DNA of 64,000 bases from the IMG/VR virus record IMGVR_UViG_3300050035_000427. One strand, given 5' to 3'. Position numbers and translations under genes: made by a program. Every line of letters starts with the position of its first letter. Position 1 is the first letter of the stretch. The notes below the pieces were generated by a model, which searched no databases, had not been told where the DNA came from, and saw nothing but the letters and a program-made list of their open reading frames with translations. Shown piece by piece: positions 50,227 to 57,536 of the stretch. The stretch comes from an uncultured virus (IMG/VR IMGVR_UViG_3300050035_000427). Its lineage: Duplodnaviria > Heunggongvirae > Uroviricota > Caudoviricetes.

Positions 50227-50304
50227 TGGTCGCAGTGAAGGGATTTGAACCCCCGACATCTTTCTTATGAGGAAAGCGTTCTCACCAGGCTGAACTACAC
50301 TGCG
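50227..50304 (-). tRNA. tRNA-Met(CAU), elongator type likely
   Basis: Cloverleaf, loop ctCATaa, paired 1:72, CCA. Confidence 0.88.
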
Positions 50305-50339
50305 ATTTATTCTTCGAACTACACTGCGATTTATTCTTC
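50292..50339. repeat. Perfect 24-bp tandem duplication over the tRNA 5' end
   Basis: gaactacactgcgatttattcttc occurs twice. Confidence 0.9.
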
Positions 50340-50674
50340 GTCATTTCCGTTCATCAAGTTTCTCCTGGTGGCATTCCAAACACTTCTGCTTGAGAGGCCA
50401 CTCGTTGTTACACGTCGTGACCTCTGTTGAGTTGCATGAAGGACAGTGAATCGAGGCCTTATCCAGCCATGCGAGCAGTTCCTGAAACTTCCTGTCGTCC
50501 TGCATATTCGGCCTTGATGTACTCAACTTCCTTGCTGTTGCAACTCTCGAGCTTCCGCCCGACCTTCCAATCCTTCTTGCGCTGCTCGATGACAAACTGA
50601 GTCCAAGTGTAAGAAGACGAGTAACTCGACTTCTCCTCGTAGCAGCGGAACCAAAGACCGTTGAAGTTCAAATA

Positions 50675-50950
50675 CTATCCGTCATACCACGAACGAGGGA
50701 CCTCCCCACCTGGGAGACTTACCTGCAGTTCTTGACAGATGAACCTTGCAACATCTTCCGGATGGACTTCTCCGTCGCTCGTCTTCTTCCAGCGACCCCG
50801 GTCGATGTTGTCTTGTGACAAACCCATCAACTCACTCAAATCCTTGTGATGCATCCGACCATCCGGAAATCTCACGAACAAGTCGGCCTTGCCAATCTTG
50901 AAGAGGAACGTCACTCCTCGAACTACGATCCTACGCATGCGGGACTTCAT
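50675..50950 (-). CDS. Hypothetical protein
   Basis: 91 aa ORF inside the tRNA array. Confidence 0.55.
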   Translation of the reverse strand: MKSRMRRIVVRGVTFLFKIGKADLFVRFPDGRMHHKDLSELMGLSQDNIDRGRWKKTSDGEVHPEDVARFICQELQVSLPGGEVPRSWYDG

Positions 50951-51180
50951 GAGGACCTTTCAGTGTCTTTTCCATCCTGGAGAAGCACCCTTCGAGTTGA
51001 ATCAACGCCACGACACCAACTACAGCCAGACTGACAAACATCCCCACTAAACATCCGAACAGAAAGGCAAGATGCACCAGAGCGGAAATCTCATCAGGGT
51101 TCATGCCATTCTGATACTGCGTTTCGCTTCTCCAGCGAACTTTTACCTGCTGCGAGAGAGAGACGGACGGTTGTCGATAC

Positions 51181-51207
51181 GTTTCAACCCACGCTCAAAA
51201 GAGCGAC
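51181..51207 (-). repeat. Solitary type I-C-like CRISPR repeat unit
   Basis: GTCGCTC-TTTT-GAGCGTGGGTTGAAAC; single clean copy, no cas genes in window. Confidence 0.55.
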
Positions 51208-51321
51208 ATTTGATCGAGGCCAGGTGCCGGTTGACAATCCACCACGTGCCTCTTCCCAGGATAGACGCGCCTCTCCGATCAGGACTGTTCCGACCACCGG
51301 AGACTACCCTAGACTAAACTT

Positions 51322-51729
51322 TCACCACTCGAAGTCCTTTGCAAGATGAACATTCTTCACCTGCATATTCTTCGTCGGAGTAAATCTAAGTGTCACAGTT
51401 CCGCCTCCTTGAAATTGTTGGATCGGTAACCAGTAGCACTTTTCTGTAGCGGGCAAGTAAGCAACTACCACATCAATCTCTTCAGACGTGTACTTCTTCT
51501 TGTATCCGCTATTTCGGCATTCAGCCGATAGACCCACTTCAACAGAATCCTTCGTCAAGCTACAGCTGCAATACTTCACTTGAACCCTGAGAAGTTCCTT
51601 TCCGTTGTCGACCACCAAGTCGTACCTGGCGTCTACAGAAGGAACGCTCACAATCCATCCCAACTCGGTGGCTCGGAGCATGACTTTCAGCTTTCCGATC
51701 TCACCCTTTTGATGAGTGCTTGCTAGCAT
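51322..51729 (-). CDS. PD-(D/E)XK endonuclease (intron-associated type)
   Basis: KGEIG...RYDLVVD...RVQVKY...KYTSEEIDV. Confidence 0.85.
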   Translation of the reverse strand: MLASTHQKGEIGKLKVMLRATELGWIVSVPSVDARYDLVVDNGKELLRVQVKYCSCSLTKDSVEVGLSAECRNSGYKKKYTSEEIDVVVAYLPATEKCYWLPIQQFQGGGTVTLRFTPTKNMQVKNVHLAKDFEW

Positions 51730-51751
51730 ATCTCATCAATACTCAAAACTT

Positions 51752-51827
51752 TGGTGCGAGCGGAGGGGATCGAACCCCCGACGTCCCGGTTAAGAGCCGG
51801 TTACTCTACCAACTGAGTTACGCTCGC
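51752..51827 (-). tRNA. tRNA-Lys(CUU)
   Basis: Cloverleaf, loop ctCTTaa, CCA. Confidence 0.93.
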
Positions 51828-51839
51828 ACATCTACAAAA

Positions 51840-51921
51840 AGGCTCTCCGGGGAGGTGGGCCATCCCTCCATACACTCCTCGCGAAAGAGAGTGTGTCTTG
51901 CCACTATGAAACGACCGGAAA
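51840..51921 (-). ncRNA. Non-canonical tRNA-like RNA (Glu-like)
   Basis: 7-bp acceptor, D-arm with AGUGG, enlarged anticodon loop containing CUUUCGC, abnormal 9-nt T-loop, no CCA. Confidence 0.5.
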
Positions 51922-51929
51922 CTTACAAA

Positions 51930-52120
51930 TTCAACGCCGGTGCTCTATCCAGGCTGAGCTACCACCAAGCGAATGGACCGTTCCGCCGACCTTGATTCCC
52001 CTCTAGAAAAGGAATCCTGGGACTCTTAGGGCATGGTCACTTGCTCTGTCTAAACGGGTGGGTTGGATTCGGACCAACGACCACCGGCTGCTTGTTGGGC
52101 GGAATGATCACACCCGAATC
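51930..52120 (-). ncRNA. Circularly permuted tRNA / YrlA-like RNA
   Basis: 3' half (52055-52089) lies upstream of the 5' half (51930-51968); opened at the anticodon loop. Confidence 0.65.
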
Positions 52121-52122
52121 TT

Positions 52123-52197
52123 TGGCTCCTGAGGAGGGATTCGAACCCACAACCATTCGGTTAACAGCCGAACGCTCTGCCGTTGAGCTACCCAGGA
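52123..52197 (-). tRNA. tRNA-Asn(GUU)
   Basis: Cloverleaf, loop ctGTTaa, CCA. Confidence 0.93.
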
Positions 52198-52445
52198 ACA
52201 CTTGTTATACTGCAACTTCCTCAATCTCGATCTGAACCTTCTTGCTGCTCATCACTTCGTCAGCAACACCGAAGGCAACCTCATAATCCTCAAATCTGGT
52301 TGCCTCGTAGCGATATCCAAACCTCAAAGTGCGGGTGATCGCAGCATCGTCTGAGATGACATAGTTCGATGTATTCGGTACTCTCAAGATGTGCTGCATG
52401 ACCTTACCCTCTACTCCGATTTATGAGATCGGGTACTGCTGAATT

Positions 52446-52521
52446 TGGGGAGTCTAGAGGGATTCGAACCCTCGACTACTGGTGCCACAGACCAGCGTTC
52501 TACCGCTGAACTACAGACTCC
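52446..52521 (-). tRNA. tRNA-His(GUG)
   Basis: Cloverleaf, loop ctGTGgc, encoded G-1 and C73, CCA. Confidence 0.93.
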
Positions 52522-52532
52522 ATGAAATTGTT

Positions 52533-52606
52533 TGGCTGCCTCTGTAGGATTCGAACCTACATATCCTGGTCCAGAGCCAAGTGTCCTGCCATTGAACGAA
52601 AAGGCA
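52533..52606 (-). tRNA. tRNA-Gln(CUG)
   Basis: Cloverleaf, loop ctCTGga, CCA. Confidence 0.9.
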
Positions 52607-52626
52607 ACATGTGAAACCGAACTTGT

Positions 52627-52706
52627 TGGGCAGGAACGGTGGGAATCCATTGACCTCCTGGTTGGAGCCAGAAGGCGTGGAAACCCATTCTTCCGCTGAA
52701 CTGCCC
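52627..52706 (-). ncRNA. Non-canonical tRNA-like RNA (Trp-like)
   Basis: gggcag/ctgccc stem, D-like arm, extra arm, 8-bp stem with CUCCAA loop, T-like arm. Confidence 0.45.
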
Positions 52707-52708
52707 GA

Positions 52709-52876
52709 CCGGGCAATGACTTCTAAGCTACATTCGCCGAAGCGAATGCTGGTCAACCTTCTCACCAGATCCCCGCCGTTGAAGGCGGTGCTTTGTTCGG
52801 ACTCGCCACGGAGGTTCCAGCCTCATGGGTCTGTCCTGGTCTAGTCGCACTGGCCCCTGGAAGGTCCATTGCCCGG
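52709..52876 (-). ncRNA. Unknown structured RNA
   Basis: 10-bp perfect closing helix ccgggcaatg/cattgcccgg; cUUCGg hairpin; several inner helices. Confidence 0.55.
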
Positions 52877-53109
52877 AAACTTTATTGCACGAACGAAAAG
52901 TAGACTAAGAGGCGGTGCAAACTACTTGATGAACAATCCGTCAATCACGCTCTTGGCTTTGTCTTCCGTTCTGACATAGTTCCGGACCACGTAGGTCTCG
53001 GCTATGATGCGAAAGCCGCCATCTCGTAAAGGATGAATCGTATACCCGCGATATATTGTGTCTTCCATACGAATCTCTACTGGAAAACCCAGCATATCGG
53101 TTAATCTTT

Positions 53110-53184
53110 TGGCGGGAAATAGAGGAATCGAACCCCTGAGTTCTGATTTGGAGGCAGACAGTTTACCAACTAGCTTAATTTCCC
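53110..53184 (-). tRNA. tRNA-Trp(CCA)
   Basis: Cloverleaf, loop ctCCAaa, G73, CCA. Confidence 0.88.
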
Positions 53185-53224
53185 GTTGAATCCAGACTTT
53201 CGGAACCATTACTGGAGGTTCCAA

Positions 53225-53755
53225 TTGAAATCTTGCGAAAATTGCACTACTCTTCACGATGGTACTTATGGTTCTGGTCGTTTCTGTTCAATTGGCTGTG
53301 CTAGAGGCTTTGCCACCAAAGCATCTAGGTTAAAAATCAACCAAGAAGTGAGTGCTAAACTGAAGGGTAAACCTGTTCGTAATCGTAGTCCTCATAGTAA
53401 AGAAGTGAAGGAAAAGATACGCAGAAGCATCAATCAAGGATTTCAAATCAAATTCCAAAAGTGGATAGATGACTGGCTTTCCGGAAAGATACATCCCACA
53501 AGAGCCAACTATAGAGTAGTGCACAAAGCATTAGCCATTTTAAGAGGAGATAAGTGTGAACAATGCGGTTGGAAAGAGGTTCATCCGAAAACTGGACTTA
53601 TCCCAGTGCAACTTCATCATATTGACGGTGATGGAGATAACAATTCACCAGATAATGTGAAACTGTTGTGTCCAAGCTGTCATTCACTCACTCTCAATTT
53701 CATGGCTTTGAACTACTACAACAAATTGTCAAAGATCACGCCGTTGTTCGCCTGA
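53225..53755 (+). CDS. HNH homing endonuclease, antisense within the tRNA array
   Basis: CENC..HDGTYGSGRFCS; CEQCGW...LHHIDGDGDNN..NVKLLCPSCH. Confidence 0.85.
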   Translation: MKSCENCTTLHDGTYGSGRFCSIGCARGFATKASRLKINQEVSAKLKGKPVRNRSPHSKEVKEKIRRSINQGFQIKFQKWIDDWLSGKIHPTRANYRVVHKALAILRGDKCEQCGWKEVHPKTGLIPVQLHHIDGDGDNNSPDNVKLLCPSCHSLTLNFMALNYYNKLSKITPLFA

Positions 53756-53772
53756 GCGAATCAATTCAAACT

Positions 53773-53849
53773 TGGTCGGGCCACTAGGGTTCGAACCTAG
53801 GACCTTGGGATTATGAGTCCCTTGCTCTAACCAACTGAGCTATGGCCCG
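53773..53849 (-). tRNA. tRNA-CAU, probably Ile2 (lysidine, reads AUA)
   Basis: Cloverleaf; anticodon arm GGGACUCAUAAUCCC resembles Ile2; Met cannot be excluded. Confidence 0.85.
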
Positions 53850-53877
53850 AACTCGAACTCGGCTCGTGCAAAAACTT

Positions 53878-53954
53878 TGGTGATCCCGGAGGGAGTTGAA
53901 CCCCCAACCTTATGGTTCGTAGCCATACGCGCTATCCAGTTGCGCCACGGGACC
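53878..53954 (-). tRNA. tRNA-Arg(ACG)
   Basis: Cloverleaf, loop ctACGaa, CCA. Confidence 0.93.
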
Positions 53955-53973
53955 ACTCTCAAAATCCATCCCT

Positions 53974-54009
53974 AAAAACCAAATCCCGCCAGCTTGTGGG
54001 CTTGGCGGG
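53974..54009 (-). terminator. Attenuator terminator upstream of the tRNA array
   Basis: CCCGCC-A-AGC/GCU-GGCGGG stem followed by AUUUGGUUUUU. Confidence 0.75.
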
Positions 54010-54036
54010 TGGAAACTCTGAAAATACCAGGTAGGA

Positions 54037-54132
54037 TTACGCACTACCTCCAGAATCCAGACCGCCGATGGCATGCTGATTTCGCTGCCACTGCTTATGC
54101 TGTCTCATCGAATTGGTCTGTATCTGTTTCAC
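54037..54132 (-). CDS. 31-aa leader peptide MKQIQTNSMRQHKQWQRNQHAIGGLDSGGSA
   Basis: GTG start with AAGGGAG RBS; TAGTATTAT -10-like box near 54155-54163; overlaps the antiterminator. Confidence 0.7.
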   Translation of the reverse strand: MKQIQTNSMRQHKQWQRNQHAIGGLDSGGSA

Positions 54133-54610
54133 AGTACTCCCTTGACAAATTTCATAATACTACGGTTTCCTCTGATCGGGGAAACTATTTTTGCCAGTGA
54201 TTACGGAATCCTTTGTAACAAAACACTCAACCATGAAGGATTCGAACCTTCGCTATGAATGCACCCAATCATGACACTGTTCAGCACCAGGGGTCTACAA
54301 AGGATTCCGTAATCACTGTACATTACACTCTACCGAACAACTTCTCAAAACGGTTAATGATGCCTTTAGACAGATTCAGGGAGGTACTCGCGTCTTTTAT
54401 CTCCCAGCCCGGTGGCCACCAGACAATTAGAAGATTGGCCTGACGCTTTCGCTCCCTGTCACTGCTCGAGTCTATCCTGTGTACTTTAGGAAGCAAGGCT
54501 CTGTTGGCTCCACCGCGCAATGGGTGATGAAGACCTGCCCCTCACTCACTTGTCAACTCAATGGATTCCTCTACGGTGGTCTGTGGAGGAACGGTTAGGC
54601 GGTCACTGGC

Positions 54611-55684
54611 TCATCGGTCAGTTGGGCATCGGCCATCGTTCAGACGAAGAGTGAACTGAGCGATATGAACTGGCTCATTCTCTTTGATGGCCTTCTGCCA
54701 GTAGAACTGATACTGACTGGCGTAACCTGCCAGCTGGGCATCCTCCAGTGTGAACTTCACAAAGGGGATGAGATTTTTGCCTCCCTCGATGCCGAACAAA
54801 CGGGGACCAAGAGCCTTCCTGATTCTGGCATAGGTGTAGCTGATGTAGATGCCAGGACTGGTGACGTTGCACCAGTTCTCAATGTCGAGGATGGTGTTCT
54901 TCCCGACTGCAGCTGAGTTGAACTGCCAGGCCAGGACGTTCCATGCCAACTGAGGAGAGACTACAGCGTTCTCGCTGGGCTTGATCACCTTGCTAACTTC
55001 TTCGAACAGTTCCTCAGCCGCCACAAGGTTCGCTTCTGCTCCCTCCTTCTCCCGGGAGCGCATCTTCTTGTAGTCCTTGCCCAGAACCAGACCCATCGGC
55101 TTGTGCTGATCTCCCAATCCCAGGCTCTTGAAATGTTCGTGTTGCTCATACCCTGTCAGATATAAGTCCGGAGCACAGAATTCTACGAAGCTCAGATCGT
55201 GTGCTGCATAGGTTGGACGACCGTCAGAGCGGTATATCACGACACCGTTGAACATCTTACAGCCTTCGTACTCTCCGGTGCCGGGAGTCAGTGTGTATCC
55301 TGTGGGCGGCTTCATGTCCCTATCAAATAAGATGAATGGCTGATATCCGGAGATGTGACACCAGTTGTTGAATGCCGTGTACGCTCCCTCTTTCTCGCCA
55401 ATGGTGACTCCCAGCATTGCGACTGGCTTGGCTTTGGTGATATTTGCCAGCGCGGCGGCGATTGCCAGGTTCTTGATGTGCCCGACATGAAGGTCTTTGT
55501 TGAGGTTAGGTGAGAATCCATCCAGAGTTATCTCGGATGGTTTGGCTTTCTCAGGCCATTCCCAGACGGTTGGCGTTACATGGTAGTTGTGGTAAATACC
55601 CACAGATTCATAACGAAATCCCTTGAGATCGAGTGGAGTGAGTGAAGTGACACCAACTCCCACTTGTTCAGGTATAGGATGCAT
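54611..55684 (-). CDS. argS: Arginyl-tRNA synthetase-like protein, compact and C-terminally truncated
   Basis: SPNLNKDLHVGH, YRSDGRPTYAAHDL, TGYEQHEHF, KKMRSR, YISYTYARI. Confidence 0.8.
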   Translation of the reverse strand: MHPIPEQVGVGVTSLTPLDLKGFRYESVGIYHNYHVTPTVWEWPEKAKPSEITLDGFSPNLNKDLHVGHIKNLAIAAALANITKAKPVAMLGVTIGEKEGAYTAFNNWCHISGYQPFILFDRDMKPPTGYTLTPGTGEYEGCKMFNGVVIYRSDGRPTYAAHDLSFVEFCAPDLYLTGYEQHEHFKSLGLGDQHKPMGLVLGKDYKKMRSREKEGAEANLVAAEELFEEVSKVIKPSENAVVSPQLAWNVLAWQFNSAAVGKNTILDIENWCNVTSPGIYISYTYARIRKALGPRLFGIEGGKNLIPFVKFTLEDAQLAGYASQYQFYWQKAIKENEPVHIAQFTLRLNDGRCPTDR

Positions 55685-55773
55685 GAGATCTTCCTCTCCA
55701 ACCACATTCTACCAGAAGATGCCGGAATAAGGCTAGTTTACCCGATCTCTGGTACCGCAACGTAGAGTGAAGT

Positions 55774-56481
55774 ATGAAAAAGACAATCCGTCTCACCGTG
55801 GGCAATGTCGAAACCTCTGGCGCGGAAGCTATTGTCAACGCAGCGAACAGGCATCTCAAGACTGGTCGCGGTGTATGCGGTGCGATCTATGCCGCCGCTG
55901 GCGTGACAGAGCTTGAAACCTATGTAGCAGATCACTTTGAAGGCTGCCGCACCGGCAGAGCCGTGGTGACTCCAGCGTTTGGCATCAGCGGATCCAAGTA
56001 TGTCCTCCACGCTGTTGGTCCGATCTACTCCGAATACACTCCCCTAGAGGCGGCTCGCCTCCTCCGCAAAGCCTATCACTCGATCTTTGAACTCTGCTAC
56101 TCGCTGGGAGTCAAGAATGTCGGCGTCGTGGCGATCTCGTCTGGTATCTACGGGTATCCGGTTGAAGACGTTGCGAACATCGCGGCTGACGAGGCCATGC
56201 GCACCCCTTACAAGGGCGACATCACCTTCTACGTCTGGCAGGACAATCTGGCCGTCTTCGAGAAAGCCTTCGCTTCGATCCTCACTCCAGCAGTTCCTGT
56301 GATCGTCGATAAGTGCGCTGTATGCGATTTGCCGGCTGACCACATCGACCATATCGGCCTTCTTGGAATGGGAATTGACCATCCTTTCAAAAGTTCACTG
56401 CAGCCAGTTACACCAGTATCTGATCCTGTGGACGCGAGCACGCGCAAGGTCTTCACGATGGATGACCCAGCAGTAGTCTGA
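55774..56481 (+). CDS. Macrodomain (ADP-ribose hydrolase) protein
   Basis: AIVNAAN..L..GRGVCGAIY, HAVGP, AISSGIYGYP. Confidence 0.92.
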   Translation: MKKTIRLTVGNVETSGAEAIVNAANRHLKTGRGVCGAIYAAAGVTELETYVADHFEGCRTGRAVVTPAFGISGSKYVLHAVGPIYSEYTPLEAARLLRKAYHSIFELCYSLGVKNVGVVAISSGIYGYPVEDVANIAADEAMRTPYKGDITFYVWQDNLAVFEKAFASILTPAVPVIVDKCAVCDLPADHIDHIGLLGMGIDHPFKSSLQPVTPVSDPVDASTRKVFTMDDPAVV

Positions 56482-56485
56482 CACT

Positions 56486-56740
56486 ATGGCGCCAACGAAG
56501 TGGAAGAAAATTCGCTGGTTCTTCAAGATCGGCACTGACTACTTTGCCCGGTCTGAGATCAAGTCTGTTCGGCAGTTGAAGACTCCGTCTCCTGATCGAG
56601 ACGGAGGACCTGATCGTACCTGGATTGTGACGGTCACCCCTGAGTCAGTCGGTGGTGACCCTCGCTACAGCAAGATCTGGGTCACTGAAGAACAGGTTGC
56701 GCCTATCCTGGTTGCTCTCGAGGAAGAGGTCAACGGATGA
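56486..56740 (+). CDS. Hypothetical protein
   Basis: Coupled ORF. Confidence 0.55.
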   Translation: MAPTKWKKIRWFFKIGTDYFARSEIKSVRQLKTPSPDRDGGPDRTWIVTVTPESVGGDPRYSKIWVTEEQVAPILVALEEEVNG

Positions 56741-57060
56741 TTGAATTAAAAGAACATCAGATTAAGGTTTCTGGTCTGAGGAAGCTCAGTGCCAAGGTCC
56801 TTAGAACCAAACTACGACTTGCTCCTGGGTCTACCGCAAACATGCGAACGTCATGCAGTCTCGTAGCGAGATTCTGGAGTTTCTTGAGATCTTCTTGTAT
56901 CTGCAGGTATGTATTGTAATTCACCATGACCGCCAGCTTCTCGCCCTTTGTACTTATGACGAGAACCTCTTCGGCCTCAATGGACAAGGCGATTCGTACT
57001 GCAAAGCCGGTAACTGAGGCGGCCAAGGTCAAGGTCGACAACGACAACGCACTCATATAG
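56737..57060 (+). pseudogene. Phd/YefM-like antitoxin gene disrupted by a 171-bp inversion
   Basis: Re-inverting 56810-56980 restores a continuous 107-aa ORF. Confidence 0.8.
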
Positions 57061-57536
57061 GGATTCAAGATGGGGAAGTGGGACAATGATGTATCCGTGC
57101 TTAGGCTGGGTCGATATCTACGAAAGAATGCCACAGCCAGGGGATCACGTTGAACTTAGAATGTCCGACGAACCTCATGGAAACTCGGGAAGCATATGTG
57201 GAATCACGAAAGTGAACAAGACTCCGAAGTTAGGAGAACACTGGCCAATCCCGGATCCCAGGTCAAAGGGTAGGATGGTCTGGGTTAGGTACTGGAGAAG
57301 AGTTCAGTGAATTTGTCTCGTTCAGTTCAGCGTCGTGTTGCAGCCCAGAAAGGTGAGCCTGCTCCAACTTTTGAGAACAAGGCCATAGAGGAGTCTGCAA
57401 CTGGGGGAAGAATACATGAAGCAGTTGAGGCTATTCGCCAACTCAGAGAGAAGAGAAAGCTCGCTGCTCCAGTCATCCTACCCGATCCTTCAACCGACTC
57501 AGTAGAAGATGTGTAACTATTCAGGAGAACCCGCAC

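Noticed and set aside
51146..51320. Bona fide CRISPR array
   Set aside because: Only one clean repeat, no regular repeat-spacer period and no cas genes
52765..52795. IS200/IS605 end hairpin
   Set aside because: Only a loose resemblance; no tnpA or tnpB nearby, and it sits inside a larger structure
48401..53257. ORF-track entries overlapping tRNAs (48401-48712 5' part, 51720-51995, 52411-52716, 52922-53257 5' part)
   Set aside because: Translations of tRNA or ncRNA sequence; only short 3' portions may be real genes
48015..53954. Theta/HDV-like ribozymes in tRNA trailers
   Set aside because: Trailers after each CCA are short and AU-rich; I could not build the nested double pseudoknot by eye (a motif search would settle it)
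56757..57134. Stand-alone minus-strand 125-aa gene
   Set aside because: Better explained as the inverted middle of the plus-strand gene at 56737-57060
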